A stretch of 64,000 nucleotides of DNA from an uncultured Acidobacteriota bacterium (GTDB lineage Bacteria; Acidobacteriota; UBA6911): contig CAWJKZ010000015.1 in the NCBI GenBank assembly GCA_963843575.1, positions 1 to 64,000 of the forward strand. Direction: 5' to 3'. Position 1 is the first letter of the stretch, and every line of letters starts with the position of its first letter. This document shows positions 30,425 to 40,285 of the stretch, one piece after another. The notes under the pieces are model-generated. The model ran no database searches, was not told where the DNA came from, and saw nothing but the letters and a program-made list of their open reading frames with translations. The position numbers and the translations under genes are program-made.

Positions 30425-30790
30425 CGAAGGCTGACTGCACAAGTCGGCAAGGGTATTCCGGTTGAAACCCGAACGAGACGCGAGGTCGAGGGTGAGTCTC
30501 AAGAACGCCGTTAGGCCCGGAGCTGGAGTCTCCCAGATACCATAGGCCCCCTCGCATGACCAAATAAAGCAATAGGCTTCCAAGTCTCAGATAGGACCAT
30601 GGTCGGCAACATGGCCGCTGCGCTTTGAAAGTCTCGAACGGACCTGAATCCCGCTGCCCCTTACGCAGTCAGCTGCAATGACGGCAAGTGCAGGCGTCAA
30701 TCCATGAAGTGGTAGTGCAGGTTCGGCGGGGCAGCATTAACGAGCGTTGGCTGGATGTCGTGCACCGACAAAAAGCGCCCCCGTGCCTGG
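30425..30790 (+). ncRNA. Putative bridge/seek RNA
   Basis: Structured non-coding region (GCTGACTGC 30430 pairs with GCAGTCAGC 30665) containing a 9-nt match to the target flank. Ends approximate. Confidence 0.65.
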
Positions 30791-31092
30791 GGCGGAGAGA
30801 TTTGTCCTTGACATCCGCTTTCATAGGACGGCGTTCAGGGAAGCTATCTTGTGAAATGTCCTGAATCCAACCTGCCTTGGAAGTAATACATCAGACTTCG
30901 CCTTGCTTCTGTGGCTGCCAAAATACTACGCGTTTTCTAGCGGATGGGAAGTCTCCATCCCGGTCGAGGAGAAGCCGTGGTTGCCGATCGCTTGCCGATT
31001 TGTTTGCTGATTTGCGTGGAAAAGGGCGGAAAAAGGCGGCAAAACGTTATTAGAACCGCGTATCTTGTTGATTCCATTGGTTCTGGACCGAG

Positions 31093-31137
31093 CTGGCAGT
31101 CAGGAGGTCGCGAGTTCGATCCTCGCCAGCTCCACCA
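31093..31137 (+). repeat. tRNA-Ala(GGC) 3' half as an att core
   Basis: CTGGCAGTCAGGAGGTCGCGAGTTCGATCCTCGCCAGCTCCACCA starts at the anticodon loop, with no 5' half upstream. Confidence 0.85.
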
Positions 31138-31713
31138 ATAGAATCAACGGATTACGGTCGTCTCCGTTCCTTCCTCCCCTCCGTTTTCCTCCAACATTTG
31201 CCGATTGTTTGCCGATTTCCTATTGAGAATCTAGAAGACCATGGGAACTGCGAGTTTCCCAGGAGACGTCATCCCTGAGGTGTGATGGGAGATTTCACTA
31301 CTCCGAGCAGCCCGTTGCGCCTTAAAGCACCCGTGCGAGGTGTGGCTAATCCTTCTTGGGTGTGAAGGGCTTCTGAGCTTCCAATTCGGGTGGTAGTTTA
31401 GTTCCTTTGTCATCGCAAGCAAGAGATTCTTCCAGCTCAGCTATCCGCCGGGCTACTTCTGATCGAGGCCGCATGGTCGGCAAACCGCTTATCCGCACTG
31501 CAAATCGGAGGTGTGCCCAAAATCGACTCTCCCGCAGCATCGTTTTGAGTTAAGATGCCACCCAAGTCCAAGAATAAGGACTTGGTTAACATATTGGAGG
31601 CGAGAGGGAGAGCCTGCCGCGTCTGGATCAGAGCGGATGGGAATCAATCACGCAGCTTAAAATTCCTACTCATTCCGAGATTGAACGAACCTAACTATTG
31701 GAGAGGATTTACC

Positions 31714-32616
31714 ATGAAAAGAGAGAGTGTGTTATATGTCCTGATTTCTTTGGTGATGGCCATGCTTCCCCTGAGCGCATTAGCCCAGACAGGTCCAGTG
31801 GATCCGGCAGTACTAAAGGCCGAGAGGACCCAAAGGCCCCGGAGACAGCAAACGCCTCCGGAAGATCCGACCACCTGGAGGAACAAAACCATTATGTGCG
31901 TCATGCCGCACGAGGACGATGAAGCCAGCAGCCTGGGAACGTTGGGATTACTGAAGGCCAATGGCAACAAGATAGTCATGGTGTGGTATACAACCGGTAA
32001 CAAGGGAACAAGGGACTTCACCCTGTCCGGCGAGAAAATCGCGGCGATAAGGAAGGCTGAATCGGAGAATGCCTGCGCAGAGATGGGGATAACGCCGCAA
32101 AACTCTACTTTCATCTGGCTGGGATACGATGACGGAATGCTGGAATATGTTCCTGCCAAGGAGCTGACTGAAAAAGTCTGCAAGCTGGTAAGGCAATACC
32201 GCCCGAATGCATTGTTCACCATGGATCCCGGTGACCAGTCAGTGAAATGGCATAAAACAGACCATCGGGCGTCAGCCTTGATCACCCTCGATGCCGCTCG
32301 GGCGGCCGCCTACTGGCTGTATTTCCCAAGCCAGTATACCCATGAAGGCTTGCAACCCTTTACCGTAACCGACTTTTTCTTCACTTCCAGCAATGAGCCG
32401 AATTACCGGGTGGACGTCACCGGCGTAAGCGACAAAAAGATCCGCGTTGGGGCTTCGTATCCGAGCCAGCACGGTGACGGGAATTTAAAGTACGCGGGCC
32501 CGGCAATAGATCAGGAAAACCTCAATAAGCAGTTGAAAGCCAATGCTGATAGAATCGCCAAGAGCGAAAAGGTCTATGAGATATTCCGGAGGGTTACGGG
32601 CTCAATGTCTTTCTAA
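31714..32616 (+). CDS. PIG-L/LmbE family deacetylase, exported
   Basis: Signal peptide; MPHEDDE, TTGNKG, RKAE and HKTDH motifs. Confidence 0.9.
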   Translation: MKRESVLYVLISLVMAMLPLSALAQTGPVDPAVLKAERTQRPRRQQTPPEDPTTWRNKTIMCVMPHEDDEASSLGTLGLLKANGNKIVMVWYTTGNKGTRDFTLSGEKIAAIRKAESENACAEMGITPQNSTFIWLGYDDGMLEYVPAKELTEKVCKLVRQYRPNALFTMDPGDQSVKWHKTDHRASALITLDAARAAAYWLYFPSQYTHEGLQPFTVTDFFFTSSNEPNYRVDVTGVSDKKIRVGASYPSQHGDGNLKYAGPAIDQENLNKQLKANADRIAKSEKVYEIFRRVTGSMSF

Positions 32617-33209
32617 CGTGCTGCATTAAAGGGCCACGCTAGGATTGCCCGGGAGGTCCGGGCACCCTTGAAAAAAGTCTGATCGACAGGGCAGGTTTGA
32701 TTTTCGTTTACCGGCTCAAACCTGCCCCCGATCCAGCAAATGTCCAGAGAGCGTCAGGCATCGCCGCGCATGAATGTATTGCTAACGAGAAAGCGTCAGT
32801 GGATGGGCGACGCTTCGTCCTTCTCGACCTTGACCAACTCCAACTCGCTCACAATCCTCGCCAGCCGTCGCACCGTGTCGCAACCGCAGGGATGACCATG
32901 CCGGAGTATCCCGTCATGATTCTCCCCAGCGGTGCTGCGTTGGCGGCGGAGCTTCTGGAAGAGGGGTACGGATCTGCGCGACGTCCCCGAGGACCGGCTG
33001 ACCCGCCCGATCCATCAGAAGGCATAGCGGGCAACGGTCAGCGGGAGGTACCTCCGCTATGAAGACCGTGACGCCATTGAGAAACTCCTGTCTGCGCTTG
33101 CCGATTGCTTGCCGATTTGTTTGCTGATTCAGGTGGAAAACGGCGGCAAAATGCGGAAAATCGTGCCGGTAACCGCGTATCTTGTTGATTCTAAAGGTGC
33201 GAAAGGTAG

Positions 33210-33255
33210 TTCGTAATCAGTAGGTCGTCGGTTCAAGTCCGACCGCTGGCTCCAT
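33210..33255 (+). repeat. att copy 3: tRNA-Thr 3' half
   Basis: 46-bp identity to 8341-8386, followed by the similar TGAAAACGAAAGACTTA. Confidence 0.95.
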
Positions 33256-33655
33256 TGAAAACGAAAGACTTATCGCCTTACCCTCCCCTCAAGACCAAGA
33301 GCTTGGCGATGGCGCCGTTGCCAGACCGGTACGTTGAGCCTGAACGTCTCGAAGACGTTGTCGTCCCACTCGACGCGAGCTGTTCCCGGTACCCGCCAGC
33401 TTGCAGTCGTCTATCGGACGGCCGCATGAGTCGCAGATCACCTTCGGGCAGTGCAGTCCGTCCTCCAGCTTCACCTGGATCCCCATCGTCCGGTCAGGAG
33501 GCACGTGTGCGAACCTGTGCGTTTTCTATAGAAAATGCCGCACAGGTCCTCGCAACCTGCGGGCGGACAGGTTGCCGCAGTTTGACGCGGCGTCGACAAG
33601 TCGTGCATCCATTTTATGAAACCCCGGTCACGATGGAGTTCCGGTTCCGGATTTG

Positions 33656-34648
33656 TCAGGTTTGGAGATCCGAATCCTGACTGCCTCGCCGGCTATACTC
33701 GCGAACATTCTGGGCTTTCCACAACAGGCCAGGGTGAGAACGAATAATCGCCTGCAAGTCGGGATCTTGCGTCAACAGCCCCGTTACGATTTCACCTTTG
33801 TCATTTAAGGTCGAAAGAAATTCCATTTCACAGCTGGTCAGCGGCAGGACTGCGGACAGGAGCCGGCGACACTCCATCACGAGATTCTCGCTCCATGGAC
33901 GGACATCGGCGCGTTTCGGGGCCTGCTCGGATTGAAGCATGGGCAGAAGCTGCTGCGCCACAGCATTGCCGTCAGCCCGGAGATCGTCGACCGATACCTT
34001 TCGCCAATCCCGGCGGCTTATCCCCCCATATACAACGAAAGCGAGTCGCAGCCGTGCTTTGTCGAGCTGAACCTCACGCAATAGGCGGCACGTATCGAAC
34101 AGATCTCGGGGAGCGCTCCTGTCGAAGAGGGCTGCGAGCTTGCCGGCAGCCAGTTCATGCACATCCAGCAGCGGCACTCTCATCGCGCGCAAGGAGCCGA
34201 TGGGATGCGAATCCATGAGTACGGGAGGCCAGAGCGGAGTGCGCAACAGGAAGTTGATATCGAGTTCAAGCGAACCCGGGTGCCCCCATGCGCTCACATA
34301 GGTCAGGAGCCATTTCCCGCCGGCATGCTCGCTCGGAGCTCGCCTGACTTGCATTCCGACTCGGCTGCAAACCGCCTGCACCGATTGCTCGACCTTCGGC
34401 CGCTCGCTGAGCATGGTCTCACGATCCTCGGACCCGATGTAATTGAGGTCGATATCAATGGACAAGCGGGGCACCTGAAGCACGAATAAATTGAGTGCCG
34501 TGCCGCCTTTCAGCGCAATCCGCTCCTTGAGGAAAGGATGGCTGCGCAGGGATTCGAGCAGCTCGAAGAGGGCGAGCGTCTTCTCCAGCGATTCGGCATG
34601 AAATCCTGATGCCGCAGCCTCGCCTAGCAGGTCATCTAAAGAGAGCAT
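33656..34648 (-). CDS. abiEii: AbiEii-family nucleotidyltransferase toxin (type IV TA)
   Basis: LKGGTALN, RLSIDIDL, GKLAAL and RDLFD motifs; TGATG overlap with the antitoxin. Confidence 0.92.
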   Translation of the reverse strand: MLSLDDLLGEAAASGFHAESLEKTLALFELLESLRSHPFLKERIALKGGTALNLFVLQVPRLSIDIDLNYIGSEDRETMLSERPKVEQSVQAVCSRVGMQVRRAPSEHAGGKWLLTYVSAWGHPGSLELDINFLLRTPLWPPVLMDSHPIGSLRAMRVPLLDVHELAAGKLAALFDRSAPRDLFDTCRLLREVQLDKARLRLAFVVYGGISRRDWRKVSVDDLRADGNAVAQQLLPMLQSEQAPKRADVRPWSENLVMECRRLLSAVLPLTSCEMEFLSTLNDKGEIVTGLLTQDPDLQAIIRSHPGLLWKAQNVREYSRRGSQDSDLQT

Positions 34649-35448
34649 CAGACGGTCTCCTCCCAACGGCGACTCAGCACATATTCTGGAATGATCAGAT
34701 TCCACGGCCGGACCAGTTTACCGGCTTTGCGGCTGCCATCGAGGTACCGCGGTTGTGTTGGAGCCAGCTCCCGGAGCGCTTCGAGATGCTTGTCCTCCAC
34801 CATTAGACTCTCGCGATGCCGCTCCAGAAAGAAACCGACGCGTGCCGCCGATATCGCGGAACCCAGCGCCCGGACATGTGAGATCACGGCATCGAGATCG
34901 AAGAATTCGACCATTTCAAGCGAACGCCAGAGTTCTTCCCAGCCGCCGCCCTTATCCGGTTCATCGAGAACATCGACAAGGGTCCGTTCCAGGGTGGTCA
35001 CCCGCACCCGGCCGCCCACGTGCCGTACCTCCCTAACTCCTTTGGCCTCGTCCGGAAGGGATTGGAGCGCCGACGAGACTTGGACCGGAACAAACTCGAG
35101 GTCACGAAATGAAAAGGGTCGCGCCCGCATGGCGGTAAGGTAGTGAAATCGTTTCCACACCGAGTAGGCCTTCCCGAAGAACTGAAGAGCGGCGTGGTAG
35201 GCGACCACCGCGTCATCCGTAACCTTCGAAGCCACCAGGTATGGATCCAGACTGGAGCCGATGCCCTCAGCACGACGTGGAACGGCGGCGTACAGACCCC
35301 GCCGCACCCTGAGAAGACGGCCCGATGCGAGGTGCCTGGCAAGCAGATTATTGCTGGTCCGCGGGCTCCTGCCCGAGGCCGTGTGTGCTGCCAGGTACTC
35401 GGCATGTCTGAATACCGGATGAGCCTCAAAGAAATCGACCGATCGCAT
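34648..35448 (-). CDS. abiEi: AbiEi-family antitoxin/transcriptional regulator
   Basis: wHTH LLRVRRGLY, AYHAALQFFG and VTTLERTLVD motifs. Confidence 0.9.
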   Translation of the reverse strand: MRSVDFFEAHPVFRHAEYLAAHTASGRSPRTSNNLLARHLASGRLLRVRRGLYAAVPRRAEGIGSSLDPYLVASKVTDDAVVAYHAALQFFGKAYSVWKRFHYLTAMRARPFSFRDLEFVPVQVSSALQSLPDEAKGVREVRHVGGRVRVTTLERTLVDVLDEPDKGGGWEELWRSLEMVEFFDLDAVISHVRALGSAISAARVGFFLERHRESLMVEDKHLEALRELAPTQPRYLDGSRKAGKLVRPWNLIIPEYVLSRRWEETV

Positions 35449-35460
35449 GACTTGCTCCTA

Positions 35461-35499
35461 TGCGCACTTGTGCTCACAAATAGTAGCAATAAGTGCACA
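35461..35499. promoter_or_regulatory. Imperfect inverted repeat, candidate AbiEi operator
   Basis: TGCGCACTTGTGCT...AGCAATAAGTGCACA immediately upstream of abiEi. Confidence 0.5.
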
Positions 35500-35639
35500 A
35501 CTCGGCAAGTAAAACTAGCTATAATGAGCAATTGTACTCATTTATGGTGGGTACTTATGCGCCGATAGGACACTACCGATCCCGTGGATCACAATCCTTC
35601 TGCGGCTCGCACGGTACTGCCGAGACAACTCCTGATCGA

Positions 35640-35850
35640 TTTGTGATTTCGGGAACAGTGATGGATCCAACTCATGCATCAGTACCGGGAGCAAACCTGC
35701 TTCTGAGCAAGGGTACGAACGGGCCCGAACAATCGCTGGTGACTGATGAAACTGGTGTTTTCCGTTCTGCGCCGGTCGATCCTGGTCGCAATGAAATCGA
35801 GATCTCCCGAAATTCCTTCAGGACGCTAACCCGACGAGTTACGGTTCGGG
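35640..35850 (+). pseudogene. Carboxypeptidase-regulatory-like domain fragment (TonB receptor N-terminus)
   Basis: ISGTVMDPTHASVPGA..TDETGVF motif; no continuation. Confidence 0.55.
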
Positions 35851-35984
35851 ATCGGGTCGGAAGCCGACTCGAAGGCTCAAAAGCCTCAAAGAACGCGCCT
35901 GTTGTTTCCCACACGCTATTATAGACTTTCGAGAGGCAGACCCGTAACCCCAGAACCAGCGGAGGGCATCCATGCTCCAGCGAA

Positions 35985-36629
35985 TCGCAGATGGGCGCAG
36001 CAGCGGCCGACGGCGTTGGGCGCCACCCAGACTGTGCCCCTGGTCTACGATTTCTACGGTTTTCCCGACCGGTACTATCGGACCGAGTACCCGGCCCCCG
36101 GGGCGCCCGAACTCGCCACCCGCGTCCGCGAGCTGCTCCGCCGGCGGGACATGGCGTTCACCGACGGACCGGAGCGCGGGCTCGACCACGGGGCGTATGT
36201 GCCTCTCGTCGCAATGTACCCCGGCGCCGACGTGCCCGTGCTCCAAATCTCCATGCCGCGCCTCGACCCCCAGGAGTTGTTCGCGCTCGGACAGGCGCTC
36301 GGGCCGCTGCGCGACGGAGGCGTGCTCGTGTTCGGCAGCGGCTTCCTCACCCACAACATGAGGTACGCGTTCCGATCCGACATCCCGGCATGGGCCAGGG
36401 AGTTCGATGCCTGGGCGGCGGACGCGTTGTCGCGTTTCGACGTCGACGCCCTGTTGGACTTCCGCCGCCGCGCCCCGGCGGCCCAGACGGCTTTGCCGAC
36501 CTGGGAGCACTTTGCCCCCGTGCTCGTCGCCGCGGGCGCGGTCGCGGCGCTCGCCCTGCGACGACGTTCCCGATTACCGGCTACTGGATGGAGGGGGCGT
36601 TCACGAAGCGATCGGTCCAGTTCGGCTGA
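35985..36629 (+). pseudogene. DODA/LigB-type extradiol dioxygenase, 5' truncated and frameshifted
   Basis: YDFYGFP, RGLDHG, GSGFLTHN and PTWEHFAP motifs; the C-terminus shifts frame near 36555. Confidence 0.85.
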
Positions 36630-37065
36630 TATCGGTCGTCCTAGTTCGCGAACGCACCGCGGCGCAGCCCACTGCCGCGGGCGGCGGGGATCGTTTCGCC
36701 CCTTGCATCGTCCTGACGCGGACAAACGCTGCGTTATGCATCGGCGGCGCTCGGGGAAGTGGGGTCGTAGACGATGCAGGGTCATACGCCCATGATCGGA
36801 AACCGCCTACTGCGGCACGTGGGATGGCAACATTTCGTCCGAGGGCTTCAATGCAGACTTGTGCCAAAACTCGATGTCGAACACCCATGCCGGCTTATAA
36901 TCGACCTCGACGACCCATGCGGGAGCCGCGGAATGACGCGCCGAAGTTGACATTTTGGAGGCCAGCCTTCGGAGCAGCTGCCGGTCAGGTTCCGAATGCA
37001 GCCCATTCCGATTATCCGCTCGCTCCAACGACTGAAACAGAGGTCCTCTCAAGGCTGGGGAGCAT

Positions 37066-39914
37066 ATGCTCGATCCGGTGACCGACCGCCCTCGACCGAA
37101 CGATCCGGTGGCACCAGCGCGCGGCAATGCCCTGGCCGACGCCTGGCGCCTGAGCGCGGACGACGTGCTGCGGCGCCTGGCGGTCGATCGGGTCGCGGGT
37201 CTTGGTGCGTCCGAAGCGGCGGCGCGTCTCGAGACGACCGGCGCCAACGAACTGACGGAACGGGCCGGGCGCGGCCGACTCGCCATCGTGCGCGAGCAGT
37301 TGATCAACGTCATGACCTTCATCCTCCTCGCCGCCGTGGTCCTCTCGGTCACGCTCGGAGACTGGATCGAAGCCGTCGTCATCCTCGCCATCGTGGTCCT
37401 CAACGCGATCCTTGGCTTCACGCAGGAGTACCGCGCCGAACAGTCGATGGCCGCGCTCAAGCGGATGTCGGTCCCGACGGTGCGGGTCCGGCGCGATGGC
37501 GCAGGTGCAGGAGATCTCATCGCGCGACCTCGTGCCCGGCGACATCGCGCTCCTGGAGACCGGAAACGTCGTACCGGCCGACGGCCGAGTCCTCGAGAGC
37601 GTCAACCTGCGCGCCCAGGAGTCGGCGCTCACGGGCGAATCGGAGGCGGTGGAGAAGGACGGGGCGCTCGTCTTCGAGGCGGAGAGGCCGCTGGCCGAGC
37701 GGCGCAACATGGTCTACGCCGGAACCATCGTCACTTACGGCCGCGGCGAGATCGTCGTGACCGCCACCGGCATGGGCACCGAGCTGGGGAAGATCGCGGG
37801 CCTGCTCCAGTCGGTGGAGGAGGAGAAGACCCCCCTCCAGGGGCGGCTCGATCGCCTGGGCAGGGGACTGGCCATAGCGGCGGGGGTGCTGGTCGCGGTC
37901 GTCTTCCTCCTGGGAATCCGGAAGGCAGAGTCGCGCGAACAGGTCCTGGAGGTGCTCCTGACCGCCGTGAGCCTCGCCGTCGCGGCAATACCGGAGGCGA
38001 TGACGGCGGTCGTCACCATCGCCCTCTCCCTGGGCGCGCAGCGCATGCTCAAGCGCAAGGCGCTGATCCGGAAACTGCCGGCGGTCGAGACGCTCGGCTC
38101 GGTCAGCGTCATCTGCTCGGACAAGACGGGAACCCTGACCCAGAACCGGATGACGGTGACGGCGATCGACGTCGCCAACCGGCGAATCGACCTCGTCCAG
38201 CGGGAGGATGGGGGGCGATTGACGCTGAGGCGCGCCGGCTCCGCCGAAGGGGGGGCGCTGGCCTCGACCCTCGACCTGCTCTTGGTGGGCGGCGCGCTCT
38301 GCAACGATGCCGTTCTCGTCCAGGAGGAGGCGCCGGCCGGCGGCTGCCACGCCGTGGGCGACCCGACCGAGGGAGCGCTGGTCCTGGCCGCGGCGGAGTA
38401 CGGCATCCGCAAGGACGACCTCGACAGGGCCCTGCCGCGGGTGGCCGAGCTCCAGTTCGACTCCGTGCGGAAACGGATGACGACGGTGCACCGCATGCCG
38501 GCCGAGGACGTGGAGGTCCCCGGTGCGTTGCGGTCGCTCTGGGCCCGGCGGAGCCAGGCCGTCGAGACGCCCGACTTCCTCGCAGTGACGAAGGGGGCCG
38601 TCGACGGGCTCCTGACGCAGACCCGGCACCTCTGGGTCGAGGGAGCGCTCGCGCCGCTCGACGAGGACGGGCGCCGCCGCGTGATGGCGGCGCACGACGA
38701 CCTCGCGGCGAAGGGGATGCGCGTCCTGGGCGTGGCGGTTCGCCCACTCGAGCATCCTCCGATCGGACCTGAGCTGGACGGACTGGAGACCGACCTGACG
38801 CTCGTCGGGCTCTTCGGCCTGCTCGACCCGGCCCGCCCCGAGGTCGCGGACGCGGTGGCCCGGTGCCGTGCGGCCGGCATCCGCCCCGTCATGATCACGG
38901 GCGACCACCCGCTGACGGCGCGTCACATCGCGAAGCAGGTCGGCATCACCGAGAGCGAGGAGTTCCTGACCGGGCAGGAGCTCGACCGGCTCACCGACGC
39001 CGAGCTGCGCGACCGGGTGAACGGCGTGTCGGTCTTCGCCCGCGTCTCGCCGGAGCACAAGATCCGGCTCGTCACGAGTCTCCAGGAGCAGGGCCTCGTC
39101 GTGGCGATGACCGGGGACGGCGTCAACGACGCGCCCGCGCTCCGCAAGGCGGACATCGGCGTGGCGATGGGCATCACGGGAACCGACGTCTCCAAGGACG
39201 CGGCCGACGATGGTCCTCCTCGACGACAACTTCGCCACGATCGTGGCGGCCGTCGAGGAAGGCCGGAAGATCTACGACAACATTCGGAAGTTCATCAAGT
39301 ACCTCCTGAGCTGCAACGCCAGCGAGATCGCCGTCATGCTGCTGGCGCCGCTCCTCGGCATGCCGCTACCCCTGCTTCCACTCCAGATCCTCTGGATGAA
39401 TCTGGTGACGGACGGCCTACCGGCCCTGGCCCTCGGCGTGGAGCCGGCCGAAGAGAACATCATGAAGCGCCCTCCCTACTCGTCGGAGGAGAGCATCTTC
39501 GGGCGAGGCCTCGTGGGGTTCGTCGTCGTGATGGGCATCGTGATGAGTCTGATCTCGCTCGGCATCGGCGCCTGGGCGTTCCGCAGCGGCGACCCGGCCT
39601 GGCAGACGCTCCTCTTCACGACCTTGATCTTCTCGCAGGTGATCCTGGCTCTCGAGGTGCGCTCCGAGCGGAGATCGATCTTCCGCATCGGGCTGTTCAC
39701 CAATCCGCTGATGGTCGTGGCGTTTCTCTCGACGGTCGGCCTGCAGGTGGCGGTCGTCTACCTGCCGTTCCTGCAGAAGGTCTTCTCGACCTCCCCGCTC
39801 GGTGCGCGCGACCTCTTGATCGCCTTCGGATCCGGCCTTGCCGTGCTGGCCGCCGTCGAACCCTGGAAGTGGGCGCTGCGCCGGACGACGACGGCCTCCC
39901 GCCGCACCGTGTGA
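37066..39914 (+). pseudogene. Ca2+-type (P2A) P-type ATPase split by two +1 frameshifts
   Basis: TGES, AIPE, DKTGT, TGDH and GDGVND motifs across three ORFs; extra G at about 37501 and at 39209. Confidence 0.9.
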
Positions 39915-40285
39915 GCGCAGTGAACAGGCTCGAAAGGCACTGCACCGAATGTGCCCGCGCCCAACGCTCGTGGCCGCATTCTGGAAACAAGCGACTCTCA
40001 GCGTCACTATATTATGCGGGACTCAATAATTCGCGGCACTTGCATCCATTTTCCCTTGTGTAGTATCCGTAGTTTTGATCTATGCTCGACATGTGGAAGG
40101 CCTGCGGGCGATGAAAGACAAAAGCCAAAAACAGAACGCAGATTCCGCGGATCCGCGCGCATCCGCGTCCTGAAAATACGTTGGCGTATTTGTGAACGAG
40201 GATCTCAAGAAGCCACTCTCTGGCACCCACTGGATTCTTCACAAAGATCAGCGAGTCCATTGCAGGATCGTCCCGTTAGATCCCT

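Larger units (their letters stand above)
29276..30828 (+). mobile_element. IS110-family element, IS1111 group
   Basis: GA core at both ends, subterminal IRs TATGAAA (29283) and TTTCATA (30819), and a long 3' non-coding region. Confidence 0.82.
26628..33255. mobile_element. Tandem island 2 at tRNA-Thr
   Basis: Bounded by att copies 2 and 3; lower GC cargo. Confidence 0.8.

Noticed and set aside
33040-33100. Integrase C-terminal remnant (RYLRYEDRDAIEKLL) before att copy 3
   Set aside because: The position is suggestive, but no upstream HxLR/LGH motifs were found; too short to support.
26628-33255. tRNA-like sequences at 26628, 31093 and 33210 as functional or split tRNA genes
   Set aside because: Each begins at the anticodon loop with no 5' acceptor or D arm and is flanked by arm/IHF motifs, which fits att cores.
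37490-39215. Programmed frameshifting in the P-type ATPase
   Set aside because: No slippery heptamer or stimulatory structure at either site.
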